A DNA stretch of 62,738 nucleotides, the filler included, from Nanobdellota archaeon (lineage in GTDB: Archaea; Nanobdellota; Nanobdellia; Woesearchaeales; CAZZGN01): assembly GCA_051819665.1 (NCBI GenBank). It is 8 parts of 8 records of this genome, joined end to end, with 100 filler letters (N's around TTAATTAATTAA, not from the genome) between each part and the next. Parts side by side here need not be neighbours in the genome. Positions count along the whole stretch, not along the records: positions 25,403 to 33,416 come from JBNJDG010000043.1; positions 33,517 to 41,195 come from JBNJDG010000044.1; 6 more parts are not named here. The stretch is one strand, 5' to 3'. The translations under genes and the position numbers were made by a program. Below the pieces are notes generated by a model. That model saw only the letters and a program-made list of their open reading frames with translations. It had not been told where the DNA came from and made no database searches. The stretch's first letter is position 1. Each line of letters begins with the position of its first letter. This document shows, piece after piece, positions 28,875-39,333 of this stretch.

Positions 28875-29600
28875 TCTCTCATAACAGTGTTCCATTATCT
28901 TCTTGAGATTGAATACATCCTCCTCGTTATATTCTACAAGAAGATCGAGATAATATTCATCACCTGAAGCCCTGTACATCTTCCATAGCGTGAGAGGATC
29001 ACCACTTCCAAGCTGGCCAACCAAGCCGGGCCTTTTTATTCCAAGTTCTTTCTCTATCTCCTTAAGGCCCCCTGTTAAACCCAGCCTGCTGCAGAGATGC
29101 CTTAGATCTATATGAGGTATTTCAGGCAGGATATCGAATTTCTTCCTGATGAGAGGAAGGTCATAAGATGAGCCGTTGAAGGTCACTATCAGCTTATACT
29201 TAGAAAGCTCCTCTTCAAGAGCCTTAAGGTCAAGATCCACCATAACCTTAGTATTAACGCCATCAAAAAGCCCGAATATGGTTATGTAATCATCTTCTGA
29301 ATTGCCTGAAGACTCTATATCGAGAAATACGGTCTCATCCCTGAAAAAATCATAGAGCCTCCAAGTGTCCCTTATACTCCTGAAATAAGAAGAATTGAAG
29401 CTATACAGATTGCTCCTCGCTTCCTTTATCCGCCTGTCGTAATAAGCTTTCCTCTTTCCAGATATACTTGGTACAGAATCCTTACTGCATGAGAGGAACT
29501 TATCCCATGAATCAATGCCATCAGACCATAAACTCTTCTCTGTTCTTTCTCCTATACCGTCAAGAAACGAAAAACTTCTTCTTATCATAGAAATAAGCAA
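28851..29600 (-). CDS. YprB-like RNase H-fold exonuclease with N-terminal HhH-like segment
   Basis: LDGIGERTE, FLDIESSG, VTFNGSSYDLP, HIDL, GGLKEIE, YNEEDV. Confidence 0.88.
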   Translation of the reverse strand: MLISMIRRSFSFLDGIGERTEKSLWSDGIDSWDKFLSCSKDSVPSISGKRKAYYDRRIKEARSNLYSFNSSYFRSIRDTWRLYDFFRDETVFLDIESSGNSEDDYITIFGLFDGVNTKVMVDLDLKALEEELSKYKLIVTFNGSSYDLPLIRKKFDILPEIPHIDLRHLCSRLGLTGGLKEIEKELGIKRPGLVGQLGSGDPLTLWKMYRASGDEYYLDLLVEYNEEDVFNLKKIMEHCYERLSSMPFE

Positions 29601-29654
29601 AGAGAAGGGATTTAAAACCCTTACCCGACATTGTCCAGTGTCCTGTGTTCAGAC

Positions 29655-30776
29655 TCAGATCTTGAAACCGAAGAAACTCTTCTGGGGAGCCACATCCTCC
29701 CCCATCTCTTCAGCAAGCTGCTCGATTATCTCTCTTTCCTTCTTCGAAAGCCTCTTAGGCACCTGGACTATAATCTTCACGAGCTGATCCCCTCTTCCTG
29801 AGCCATGAAGCATAGGCAATCCTTTATCTTTCATCCTCATGACAGTATGGCTCTGGGTCCCGGGAGGCACTTTCAGCTCTGCTTTTCCCGTGATTGTTGG
29901 AACAGATATTGTAGCTCCCAATGCAGCCTGTACGAAAGAGATGGGTACTTTACAGATAAGATCGGATCCTTCCCTTTCAAAGATATCGTGTTCCCTGACG
30001 AAAATCCTCACATAAAGGTTGCCTGAAGGACCTCCGTTCGGTCCGGCTTCTCCTTCGCCTTCCAGCCTGAGGGTATTACCATGCTCAACACCTGCAGGGA
30101 TATCAATCTCTATCTTCCTCTTCTTCTTGACCCTTCCTTCTCCGGCGCAGGCACTGCATTTGTCCTTTATGACCTCACCCCTGCCATTACAGGAAGAACA
30201 GGGCCCTGTGCTCTGGAAAATACCGAAAGGGGTCCTCTGAGCCCTTTTCTCAACACCACTGCCCTTACAGGTCGAACATGTAACTATAGAATCATCATCC
30301 TTTGCACCGCTGCCCTTACATTTATCACAGGTCTCATGCTTTTCAACATTAAGCTCCTTCTTAGTGCCGTGATAGACATCCTCAAGATCAACCTCAACAT
30401 CTGTCTGGAGATCTGCTCCGCCTCTTTTCCTTCTTCTCCTCGAACCCCCTCCGAACGGATTTCCGCCGAAGAAGCTCTCGAAGATATCATCGAAATCGAA
30501 ACCGAATCCGAAATCACTGAAATCCTGGGAAGAGAATCCTCCGCCCTGGGCCTGCTGTCCGGTTGTCCCGAACTGGTCATACTGCTGTCTCTTCTTATCA
30601 TCAGCCAGCACGGATGCTGCCTCATTAACTTCCTTGAACTTGTTAGCAGCCTCCTTGTCGCCTTTGTTAAGGTCTGGATGATACTTCTTGGCCAGTTTCT
30701 TATAAGCCTTCCTTATCTCCTCCTTAGAAGCGTTCCTGTCAACTCCGAGTATATCATAATAATCCTTATCTGCCAT
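29655..30776 (-). CDS. dnaJ: Chaperone DnaJ
   Basis: J domain with HPD, G/F region, four CxxCxGxG repeats. Confidence 0.98.
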   Translation of the reverse strand: MADKDYYDILGVDRNASKEEIRKAYKKLAKKYHPDLNKGDKEAANKFKEVNEAASVLADDKKRQQYDQFGTTGQQAQGGGFSSQDFSDFGFGFDFDDIFESFFGGNPFGGGSRRRRKRGGADLQTDVEVDLEDVYHGTKKELNVEKHETCDKCKGSGAKDDDSIVTCSTCKGSGVEKRAQRTPFGIFQSTGPCSSCNGRGEVIKDKCSACAGEGRVKKKRKIEIDIPAGVEHGNTLRLEGEGEAGPNGGPSGNLYVRIFVREHDIFEREGSDLICKVPISFVQAALGATISVPTITGKAELKVPPGTQSHTVMRMKDKGLPMLHGSGRGDQLVKIIVQVPKRLSKKEREIIEQLAEEMGEDVAPQKSFFGFKI

Positions 30777-31434
30777 TTTCCTCTGCCTCTAACCTTTCTA
30801 CTAGCTCTTCAGGTCCGAAATCCAGTTTATTAAAAATTTCCCTTTCAAGCCCATAAAACTTATCATCGATCTCCTTTATCTTCTCGCTGCTGTACTGATC
30901 GTAATACCTGTTATCCTTATACCTCTCATGGCCATCACGGAATCTTTCCTGGAGAGAGACTATCTTATCATGCTTGACCCTCTTATCGGCATAACATACA
31001 AGCTTCTCTTCCCAGTTATCAAGGGAATTCACACCCTCCATCTCATGATATCCGTGTTTCCTCACTACTTGCGCAAGCTCAGGATATTTCTCCTGTAAGA
31101 CCCTGTATGCAGCCACTTCATGTGAAAGGCCACCGTACTTTCTCTTCAGCTCAATCCACTTCATCCTGTCCTTCTTGGATATTACATTCGTCTGATTGCT
31201 GTTCTTCGGTATGAATATGTTCCCTGTAGGTATCTCGACTATCTTCAGCATATCATGAAGTATGGATGCCCTGTCAACCAGCTCTTTCCTTACCTCCTCG
31301 CCTTTCTCTTCAAGCTTCCCGGCCAGGAACATGGCTACCCTGTTCACCTGGATACTATGCTCTATGATATTCTGGGGTACCCTGTAACCTACTGTAAGGA
31401 GATACTGGCTCTGCTCTCTTGAAGGGAGTTCCAT
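30766..31434 (-). CDS. HD-domain phosphohydrolase
   Basis: [34 protein letters not shown]. Confidence 0.88.
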   Translation of the reverse strand: MELPSREQSQYLLTVGYRVPQNIIEHSIQVNRVAMFLAGKLEEKGEEVRKELVDRASILHDMLKIVEIPTGNIFIPKNSNQTNVISKKDRMKWIELKRKYGGLSHEVAAYRVLQEKYPELAQVVRKHGYHEMEGVNSLDNWEEKLVCYADKRVKHDKIVSLQERFRDGHERYKDNRYYDQYSSEKIKEIDDKFYGLEREIFNKLDFGPEELVERLEAEENGR

Positions 31435-31455
31435 ATTAAAAAAAAAGAAGGAAAT

Positions 31456-33366
31456 TCATTCCTTCTTATCGTCTTTCTTCTCTTCCTTGTAGTCAGCATC
31501 AACTACGTCTTCGCCATCCTTCTTGCCGGATGAGTCTCCTGAAGACTGCTCACCACCCTCTGAAGACTGCTGCTGACCACCTGCCTGTTGTCCCTGGCCC
31601 TGTTGCTGCTGCTTGGCCTGTTCCTCAGAGACTTTCTGGTACATCTCCGAAGAGGCTTCCTGGACCTTGTTATTGACTTCATCAAGCTTCTTCCTGATCG
31701 CCTCGACATCCTTGTCTTTCGGCTCCAGAAGTTTCTTGAGCTCATCAACGCCTTTCTTGATCTCGTCAAGCTTGCTCTTATCGACCTTACCTTCCATCTC
31801 CTTGAAAAGCTTTTCGGTCGAGTAAACAAGGCCTTCCGCCTCATTTATCGTCTCTATCTCCTTCTGTTTATTCTTGTCCTCTTCGGCGTGTTTCTCTGCC
31901 TCTTTCTTCATCCTCTCCACTTCCTCTTCAGAGAGATTGGTAGAGGATGTTATCTTTATGCTCTGCTCCTTGCCTGTTCCCTTATCCTTGGCACTTACAT
32001 GTACGATGCCGTTAGCATCTATATCGAAAGTCACCTCGATCTGAGGGACTCCTCTCGGAGCAGGCGGGATACCGACAAGATCGAAACGACCAAGGGTCTT
32101 ATTGTCAGCAGCCATAGTCCTCTCACCCTGGAGAACATGGATGCTCACAGCCTGCTGATTATCAGCTGCTGTCGAGAAGACCTGCGATTTTTGCGTGGGG
32201 ATAGTAGTATTCTTCTCGATGAGCTTTGTCATTACACCACCAAGAGTCTCTATACCAAGACTGAGAGGTGTAACATCGAGAAGCAGAACATCCTTAACAT
32301 CACCGCCGAGGATTCCTCCCTGGATAGCTGCTCCTATTGCTACAGCCTCATCAGGGCTTACTGACTTATCCCCTTCTTTGCCGGTTATATCCTTCACAAG
32401 ATTCCTTACTGCAGGGATCCTGGTCGAACCACCCACAAGGATCACCTTGTCTATGTCATTATTCGAATAACCGGCCTCCTTTATGGCCTTCTCGCATGGA
32501 CTTCTCAGCTTACTGATTATATCTGAGATAAGATCCTCGAACTTCGCCCTTGAAAGGTCCATGTTAAGGTGCTTAGGACCATTCTTATCAGCCGTGACGA
32601 AGGGTATGTTGATGTTGGTGCTCTTCTTTGTAGAGAGCTCGATCTTAGCCTTCTCAGCAGCCTCTTTGAGCCTCTGTAGCGAGGTATTGTCCTCTCTGAG
32701 GTCAACACCCTGCTCTTTCTTGAACTCCTCTGCAAGCCAGTCCATGACCGCCTGATCCACATCGTCACCACCAAGGTGGTTATCACCTGAAGTGGCCTTA
32801 ACTTCAAAGACACCGTCTCCCAGCTCAAGTACCGAAGCATCGAAAGTACCTCCACCAAAGTCGAAGACTAGAATCTTCTGGTCATTACCCTTGTCAAGAC
32901 CATAAGCCAGTGAAGCTGCAGTCGGCTCGTTGATGATCCTTTTCACGTTTAGGCCGGCAATCTTTCCTGCATCTTTAGTTGCCTGCCTCTGTGAATCCTC
33001 GAAATAAGCAGGCACAGTGATCACCGCATCGGTCACTTCCTGACCCAGGTAACTCTCAGCATCCTTCTTCAATTTCTGGAGGATCATTGCGGAGATCTCC
33101 TGAGGAGTGTAATCCTTATCCTTCATCTTCTCCTTGTGATCCTCACCCATATGTCTCTTTATGCTCTTGACCGTGTTATCAGGGTTGGTTATTGTCTGGT
33201 TCTTTGCAACCCTTCCTACAAGCCTCTCATTGTCATCGTTTATAGCTACAACGCTCGGCGTTGTCCTTTCACCTTCAGCATTCGGTATGATGACAGGCTT
33301 TCCGCCTTCCATTACAGATACTGCTGAAAATGTGGTTCCTAAATCGATTCCTATTATCTTTCCCAT
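31456..33366 (-). CDS. dnaK: Chaperone DnaK (Hsp70)
   Basis: [49 protein letters not shown]. Confidence 0.99.
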   Translation of the reverse strand: MGKIIGIDLGTTFSAVSVMEGGKPVIIPNAEGERTTPSVVAINDDNERLVGRVAKNQTITNPDNTVKSIKRHMGEDHKEKMKDKDYTPQEISAMILQKLKKDAESYLGQEVTDAVITVPAYFEDSQRQATKDAGKIAGLNVKRIINEPTAASLAYGLDKGNDQKILVFDFGGGTFDASVLELGDGVFEVKATSGDNHLGGDDVDQAVMDWLAEEFKKEQGVDLREDNTSLQRLKEAAEKAKIELSTKKSTNINIPFVTADKNGPKHLNMDLSRAKFEDLISDIISKLRSPCEKAIKEAGYSNNDIDKVILVGGSTRIPAVRNLVKDITGKEGDKSVSPDEAVAIGAAIQGGILGGDVKDVLLLDVTPLSLGIETLGGVMTKLIEKNTTIPTQKSQVFSTAADNQQAVSIHVLQGERTMAADNKTLGRFDLVGIPPAPRGVPQIEVTFDIDANGIVHVSAKDKGTGKEQSIKITSSTNLSEEEVERMKKEAEKHAEEDKNKQKEIETINEAEGLVYSTEKLFKEMEGKVDKSKLDEIKKGVDELKKLLEPKDKDVEAIRKKLDEVNNKVQEASSEMYQKVSEEQAKQQQQGQGQQAGGQQQSSEGGEQSSGDSSGKKDGEDVVDADYKEEKKDDKKE

Positions 33367-33416
33367 TTTGTTTACCTCCTCAACCTAAAGGTTGATATAA
33401 CTTAGTATCTTCTTTA

Positions 33417-33516
33417 NNNNNNNNNNNNNNNNNNNNNNNNNNNNNNNNNNNNNNNNNNNNTTAATTAATTAANNNNNNNNNNNNNNNNNNNNNNNNNNNN
33501 NNNNNNNNNNNNNNNN
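33417..33516. other. Artificial contig spacer
   Basis: N/TTAATTAATTAA/N. Confidence 0.99.
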
Positions 33517-34176
33517 CAACTGATGACCCATAGATACCTTGAAAAGAACGACAACCACATAATATACAAGAACCAGCCCATAAAGCTTAGCGGACCGGAC
33601 CATACGGAGGAGATGAAAGATAGATTCATAAAAAGGCTTGGAGAGACTGAAGAGAGTAAAGGATTCCTGGATAAATTCAAAGAATACCTGTCTGAAAACA
33701 ACCTGGAATTCAATTTCCTCACCCACAATGATTATTTCGTCAGCAATATAATGAACAGTGAAAACTACAACCGGGGGAAGCTGGAAAGCAGAGCTGTCAT
33801 AATCGACTATGAGAAGGCAGGCATAGGCAATCCTATCAGAGACATAATAACCCTCACCGCAAATCCCTCAATAGAAAAGAGCGGTATAGACACTGAAGAA
33901 GAGACAAAAAAATACATCGATGATTTTACGAAGATGCTCAAGAAAGAGGGTTATCAGAATACAGAGAAACTGAAAGAGCAGCTGTCCTCAAGCATGCAGC
34001 TCGAGATAATGCAGAATGATCTCTGCCAGATAGGCTCTAAGATAAACCAGGGGAAGATGGGAGAGGCAGAATGGTATACGAAAAGGTTCATCCAGCATGC
34101 GCCAGCAGGATTAAAGGACCAGTTCATGAAATACATCAACTCCACTAAACAAGAGAATCTTAAGAGGATCATCTAG
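33517..34176 (+). CDS. APH/choline-kinase-like phosphotransferase, 5'-truncated
   Basis: THNDYFVSNIM (HxDxxxxN) and IIDYEKAGIGNPIRD motifs. Confidence 0.7.
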   Translation, partial: QLMTHRYLEKNDNHIIYKNQPIKLSGPDHTEEMKDRFIKRLGETEESKGFLDKFKEYLSENNLEFNFLTHNDYFVSNIMNSENYNRGKLESRAVIIDYEKAGIGNPIRDIITLTANPSIEKSGIDTEEETKKYIDDFTKMLKKEGYQNTEKLKEQLSSSMQLEIMQNDLCQIGSKINQGKMGEAEWYTKRFIQHAPAGLKDQFMKYINSTKQENLKRII

Positions 34177-34213
34177 GGCAAATTTTTTATAGACCAGCAT
34201 CTGTTTCCGGAAT

Positions 34214-34777
34214 ATGAACTTAGGTATAGACTTTGATGGTGTTATCGCAGATACTGTATCCCTGAAGATAGATTATGTCAAAGAAAGATACGGTAAGAGC
34301 ATATCACCAGAAGATACCGATAAGAAAAAGCTATCAAGTATCATAGGTACTGCAGAATATGAAGAGATGATTGATGATATCTATATTTCTGAGAAGATTA
34401 TGCTCACTGCCCCTGTTGTAAAAAGCGCAGGAGAATCAATAAAAAAACTAAGAGAGAACCACTACATTTTCATCATAACAAACAGGAAAGATCATGAGAT
34501 AAATGTCATGACCAGGTACCTGGAATACAATAATATCTCATACGACAGAATAATAAGCTCTGCAGGGAAGAGCAAAGAGAAAGCATGCATGGAGAACAAC
34601 ATAAGGATTATGCTTGAAGACTCTCCCTACCAGCTTGAGAGGTTCAGTAACAAAGGAACAAGGTTATACCTGCTCCTGAGGCCTTACAATAAAGATATAA
34701 GAACACATGAAAACGTAATAAGGATAGATTCATGGGATGACTTCATCCAAGATGTAATGTCAAAAGGGGACCGTTAA
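34214..34777 (+). CDS. HAD-family 5'(3')-nucleotidase-like protein (NT5C-like)
   Basis: IDFDGVIAD, IITNR, K, MLEDSP, RPYN, IDSW. Confidence 0.85.
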   Translation: MNLGIDFDGVIADTVSLKIDYVKERYGKSISPEDTDKKKLSSIIGTAEYEEMIDDIYISEKIMLTAPVVKSAGESIKKLRENHYIFIITNRKDHEINVMTRYLEYNNISYDRIISSAGKSKEKACMENNIRIMLEDSPYQLERFSNKGTRLYLLLRPYNKDIRTHENVIRIDSWDDFIQDVMSKGDR

Positions 34778-35654
34778 GGTCAAAGACCGCCTGAAGGATA
34801 GAATCCAGTTTCACAAGAATCAAAAGATCCTCACCCTCCTTATTCTTCCGGACATTATTTATCTTCCTACAAAGAGACTTGTATGATTCACCGAACTTCC
34901 TGTACTTCTCAGCTGAAAACGAATAAAACAGCTTTGAAAATTGATCTATAAAATTGATTAGCTTATTAAAGATATCCTGGACATCTTCTGATAACCCAAC
35001 ATCATTCTCAGATATATGCTCTGCCAGGTACTTATACTTATCACCTACATTCTCAAGCTCCTCGACAATAAAATAGAGCATGCTCGTATCCCTCTTCCCC
35101 GAGGAACCGTAAATATTCAGGAGCCTTCTTGCAAAATCGGCAAACTTGTTTATATTTACATCCTTCTTCGCAACAAGCTTCAGGGCTTCGAAATCCCGTT
35201 CTTTGATAGCTTCATAAGCCTCTTTTGCATTCTCCTGTACAAGCCAAAATATCCTTCTTATGCTTGTATCAAGCTCGCCCGGATCTACGTTTGCCATTGA
35301 CCTCAGTACACAATGATGCTTCCCCTTATGTACGAAATCAAGCCCGAAGAAACCCTTGCTGAGCTCCTTCTCTATAAGCGTTGATGTCTTCGGATCATTG
35401 AAAGTAAGCTTGAACTCAGAATAACCTGATTTGTACAAAGCACCTACGACCCTTCCGACCATATTGCCGTATTCAGAGACATCCAGCTCAACTCTTCCCG
35501 ACGTGTTAGTTCCAGTGCTTGATATGACAAGATTCCCGCCTTCTTCATTTAAATCTATCTCATCCCCTTTTGAAAGGCCGTTTTCCTTCACCCACCTGCT
35601 TGGCAGGCTCACAGTCAGTGTTGAAGTACCGACTCGATTGATCTTCCTTTTCAT
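34743..35654 (-). CDS. Phosphate uptake regulator-like protein (AbrB N-domain + PhoU domains)
   Basis: RKINRVGTSTLTVSLPSRWVKENGLSKGDEI; LENVGD PhoU-type motif. Confidence 0.85.
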   Translation of the reverse strand: MKRKINRVGTSTLTVSLPSRWVKENGLSKGDEIDLNEEGGNLVISSTGTNTSGRVELDVSEYGNMVGRVVGALYKSGYSEFKLTFNDPKTSTLIEKELSKGFFGLDFVHKGKHHCVLRSMANVDPGELDTSIRRIFWLVQENAKEAYEAIKERDFEALKLVAKKDVNINKFADFARRLLNIYGSSGKRDTSMLYFIVEELENVGDKYKYLAEHISENDVGLSEDVQDIFNKLINFIDQFSKLFYSFSAEKYRKFGESYKSLCRKINNVRKNKEGEDLLILVKLDSILQAVFDLNGPLLTLHLG

Positions 35655-35696
35655 ATAAATTACTAAGAAACAGTCATATAAATATATTTTGATTTA

Positions 35697-35712
35697 GTAA
35701 TTATATAATTAC
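35697..35712. promoter_or_regulatory. Perfect 16-bp palindrome between divergent regulator genes
   Basis: GTAATTATATAATTAC, followed by AATTATAATT, between two TATA-like boxes. Confidence 0.55.
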
Positions 35713-35767
35713 CTATAATAATTATAATTGAACAAAGTATATATTTTATGCACATAATACGGTTATT

Positions 35768-36211
35768 GTGATACAAATGCAGGAGAAAGACATCCCGATA
35801 ATAAGTCATCTGAGAAAGGATGCAAGAACTCCGCTGACAGAGATCAGCAGAGCCACAAAAATCCCTAAGAGCACGGTCTCCGAAAGGATCAGGACGTATA
35901 ACGAATCAATTTTCCACAAGCACACATCACTACTGAATTTCAAGCACATCGGCTATAATGTAAGGACGAAGATACTGTTCAGTGTTGATAAAGGAAGAGA
36001 AGAGGAATTTCTGGAACACATGAAGGATCACGAGAACACAAACAACATCTACAGGGTAACTAACGGATTTGATTTCCTGATCGATGCAGTATTCAGGAAG
36101 ACTGAAGATCTGTACAGATTTTACGAGGAAGCAGAGGATAAAGGATCGACTGATAGCAAGGAATACTTCGTGTTGCAGGAGATAGCAAGAGAGAAGTTCA
36201 TGGAGAAGTGA
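35768..36211 (+). CDS. Lrp/AsnC family transcriptional regulator
   Basis: LRKDARTPLTEISRATKIPKSTVSERI HTH; RAM-like domain YRVTNGFDFLI. Confidence 0.9.
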   Translation: MIQMQEKDIPIISHLRKDARTPLTEISRATKIPKSTVSERIRTYNESIFHKHTSLLNFKHIGYNVRTKILFSVDKGREEEFLEHMKDHENTNNIYRVTNGFDFLIDAVFRKTEDLYRFYEEAEDKGSTDSKEYFVLQEIAREKFMEK

Positions 36212-36252
36212 ACTGAGACACGATAAAGATAGAATAACTTAGCGGGAGCTAT

Positions 36253-37083
36253 GTGAAGATGGAAAAAACAGGAGGGACGAAATTGGACAATCTAGAAGAT
36301 TTTATCGAAGATATAAGCGAGAGAAAAAACCTAAGCAAAGAAGAATTAAATTATTCACTGGGAATAGCAAAAAAACTTATGGAAAAAAGGACAAAAATTG
36401 TAAATGTCGGAGAGAGAGATTACAATGTAACAAAGACCGCCTTAGGACCTATTAAGAAAGACGATCATAACAATTTCTATCAAATAAATTTTGAGATTGA
36501 TGATATCTGGGAAAAGTACATGGTACTTACAAAATCTGAGCTTGACCCTGAAAACCATTATCTGCCAGCCTATGATAATAAAAAAGACCTTTACCTTAGA
36601 ATAGATTCAGGATGCGAGCCAGGCCAAACATTCCAAGACCAAATGTGTGATTGTTTCGACCAACTACACATGGCAATAGACGGACTCATAAATTCAGAGC
36701 AGGGACTTATAATACATATACCAAAACAAGACGGTAGAGGAAGAGGGACAGACTTTCATCTTGCAACCCTCTACCTTCAGGAAGAACTAAATGTGAACAC
36801 TGTAGAGTCATTCAGTCTCCTTGGCGAGGACTCTAGTGAAGAATCCCTTGATGTAAGAACATATGAAGGAGCAATAGCCACCATGAAATATTTAGGCATT
36901 GATAATAATTTCAATATAAAATTTGGTACAAATAACAAGAAAAAAATAGACCCCTTAGAAAAGGAAGGATATAACATAATAAGAAGCCCAACTGAAATAG
37001 AACCAACAAAATACACAAAACAACATTTACAAGCTAAAAAAGAGCATCTCGGACATTTTCTTGAAAATGAAAACTATAGATAA
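36253..37083 (+). CDS. GTP cyclohydrolase II (RibA)-like protein, divergent
   Basis: LRIDSGC...CDC Zn motif, QDGRGRG, TVES, DVRTY, TNNKKKI, HLQAKKEHLGH. Confidence 0.82.
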   Translation: MKMEKTGGTKLDNLEDFIEDISERKNLSKEELNYSLGIAKKLMEKRTKIVNVGERDYNVTKTALGPIKKDDHNNFYQINFEIDDIWEKYMVLTKSELDPENHYLPAYDNKKDLYLRIDSGCEPGQTFQDQMCDCFDQLHMAIDGLINSEQGLIIHIPKQDGRGRGTDFHLATLYLQEELNVNTVESFSLLGEDSSEESLDVRTYEGAIATMKYLGIDNNFNIKFGTNNKKKIDPLEKEGYNIIRSPTEIEPTKYTKQHLQAKKEHLGHFLENENYR

Positions 37084-37879
37084 ACTCATCAGGCCAAATA
37101 GTGGTGTCTGTATAGGATTAGATCCTGATCCAAAAAAATACCCAGATGAATTCAATCAATACTCGTATGATAAATCTACAAAGATTTTCCTAAAAGAGAT
37201 AATTAATATAACAAAGGAGTTTACAACAGCCTACAAAATACAAAAGGCCTTTTTTGATTTACACAAAGATGGAGATAATCTCATAAAAAAAATCACCAAA
37301 AATATAAGGAAAGAAAATCCAAATGCGACAGTATTTATGGACAGCAAAATTGGTGATATTGGAAACACAATGAAAGCCTATCTAAAGAAACATTTTGAAG
37401 ACTATGATTGTGATGGAACTACTGTAAACCCATATATGGGAGGAGATGTATTCAAGGAATTCAAAAACTATCCCGATAAATCAATCTTATTACTTTCAAG
37501 AACAAGCAATGAATCAGCCTATTCTATACAAGATAAAGTTGTAGAAGGAAAAAGACTATGGGAACATGTGCTTGAAGAAACCATAGAGAAATGGGATAAT
37601 TATGGAAATATAATACCCATACTTTCCCACCATATAAACAACACGAAGATAAGAGAGAAAATAGGAGATAGACCAATCCTTTATGCAGGGATAGGAGCAC
37701 AAGGTGGAGACATAAACAAAGCAAAGAAATTACTCAACTCATACAACAGCGGCATAATTGTGAACTCATCAAGAGGGATATTATACCCCTATGAAAAGAA
37801 TAATATAAATTGGAGGAATAATGTTATTGAAGAAACTGAAAAACTTTACAATATGATCGAGAGTATAAAAAATGAATAG
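37061..37879 (+). CDS. pyrF: Orotidine-5'-phosphate decarboxylase
   Basis: CIGLDPD, AYK, DSKIGDIGNT, TVNPYMG, RTSN, GIGAQGG, VNSSRGI. Confidence 0.92.
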   Translation: MKMKTIDKLIRPNSGVCIGLDPDPKKYPDEFNQYSYDKSTKIFLKEIINITKEFTTAYKIQKAFFDLHKDGDNLIKKITKNIRKENPNATVFMDSKIGDIGNTMKAYLKKHFEDYDCDGTTVNPYMGGDVFKEFKNYPDKSILLLSRTSNESAYSIQDKVVEGKRLWEHVLEETIEKWDNYGNIIPILSHHINNTKIREKIGDRPILYAGIGAQGGDINKAKKLLNSYNSGIIVNSSRGILYPYEKNNINWRNNVIEETEKLYNMIESIKNE

Positions 37880-38441
37880 ATTAGTTGCAATTTTAGGACC
37901 AAGCAAATCAGGAAAATCAACAATAATCAATAACCTCATTGATAAATATCAGAACAGATATGAATATATCAAACCATACACAACAAGAGAATTAAGAGAA
38001 AATGAAACTGACAAAATACACCTGGACACTAAACAATTCCATGAAAAGATGAGAAAAGGAGATATACTTCTCCCGAACCATATATACGAAAACTGGTATG
38101 GGCCACCTATAAAAGAGATGACTAAAGAAACAAAAAAGATCAAACTAATTGACTGGCCCGTCCAGAAACTAGATGATCTTATAAAAGCCATTCCTGAGAC
38201 AGATGTAACAGGCGTTTACATAATGCCGGACAGCATAAATACATTGATGGAAAGACAAAACAAAAGAAATATGAATGAAGAAAGAAAAAATAAAGCAATA
38301 GAAGAAATGAAGGATATATACAATAACAAATACGAAAATATAGATTACATCGTAGAAAACAACAGCACAATAAACAATATCACTTACAGATTAAACAACA
38401 TTATAAGAGGGTATAAAAATGATAACAATAATTTCCAATAA
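37872..38441 (+). CDS. Guanylate kinase-like nucleotide kinase
   Basis: GPSKSGKST P-loop, YTTRELRENE, NWYG, DYIVEN. Confidence 0.85.
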   Translation: MNRLVAILGPSKSGKSTIINNLIDKYQNRYEYIKPYTTRELRENETDKIHLDTKQFHEKMRKGDILLPNHIYENWYGPPIKEMTKETKKIKLIDWPVQKLDDLIKAIPETDVTGVYIMPDSINTLMERQNKRNMNEERKNKAIEEMKDIYNNKYENIDYIVENNSTINNITYRLNNIIRGYKNDNNNFQ

Positions 38442-39039
38442 CTTATCAGAAGCATGGGAGAAAACTTTAATCAAATTATATGAGAATGGTAAAGAGAACA
38501 AAGATATGCTCAGGGATGACACAGCAGTTATAGAGATAAACAACCCGACAGGAGAAAGATTAAATGACAGATTCCCGATGAAAAAAGAGATCATGGAAGA
38601 ATACAATGATTTTATAACCAGAGGAGGGGATAAAGGGAATGTACTCGAAGAACACGCCTTATACCACGAGAGGATATTTGAACACTTCAATGATCAGGCC
38701 GAGTATGTAATAGAAAGATTGAGAGAAGACCCACTCTCAAAAAGAGCACAGGTATCATTCTGGGACCCTGTTAAAGATCAGGAAAAAGATAAAGTCCCAT
38801 GCATACAGATCATCTGGTTCAGGATAATTGATAAGAGACTGGAGATGCATGTACATATGAGAGCCAATGATGCATACAAGAAACTCCTCATGAATCTCAA
38901 TATAGCAACTGAACTCATGATATACATTGCAAAACGGCTTAATGTGAGCATAGGAAAATACATCCACATCGCAGACAGTCTTCACATATACAGGAATGAT
39001 AAAGAGGATATCGAAAGGTTATATTCATGTATAAAATAA
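38419..39039 (+). CDS. Thymidylate synthase-like protein (short archaeal-type)
   Basis: DQAEYVIERL, SKRA, WDP, catalytic PC, MRAND...N, SLHIY. Confidence 0.85.
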   Translation: MITIISNNLSEAWEKTLIKLYENGKENKDMLRDDTAVIEINNPTGERLNDRFPMKKEIMEEYNDFITRGGDKGNVLEEHALYHERIFEHFNDQAEYVIERLREDPLSKRAQVSFWDPVKDQEKDKVPCIQIIWFRIIDKRLEMHVHMRANDAYKKLLMNLNIATELMIYIAKRLNVSIGKYIHIADSLHIYRNDKEDIERLYSCIK

Positions 39040-39332
39040 AAAACGACTCTTACAGACAGAAAAGAGGAGGGAACACCAAAATAATTGACATTTACTGTGC
39101 ACAATGCGATAATAAGTTGCACACATATCAGAAAGATGGCAAAGGTGGATTATTCAGATTATATCTGGACAGGATTCTTGACAAAGAGTTTAAAGAGATA
39201 AAATCAAAAAAAGACATCTCAAATCTGGAATGCAAATGCGGGAATTTAATTGGTGTACCTATGCTACACAAGGATAATAGATTTGCCTACAGACTGATGA
39301 AAGGCACATATTATAAGAAAAACCACAAATGA
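39027..39332 (+). CDS. Small Zn-ribbon hypothetical protein
   Basis: CAQC...YQKDGKGGLFRLYLDRI...CKCGNLIG; overlaps the TS-like stop. Confidence 0.75.
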   Translation: MYKIKNDSYRQKRGGNTKIIDIYCAQCDNKLHTYQKDGKGGLFRLYLDRILDKEFKEIKSKKDISNLECKCGNLIGVPMLHKDNRFAYRLMKGTYYKKNHK

Positions 39333-39333
39333 T

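Noticed and set aside
31588..32364. 258-aa ORF antisense to dnaK (likewise 30081..30833, 24004..24714, 57761..58570, 61770..62429)
   Set aside because: Shadow frames of well-supported opposite-strand genes; no motifs of their own
36253..37083. Riboflavin biosynthesis operon
   Set aside because: No ribB/D/E/H neighbours, and key RibA residues differ
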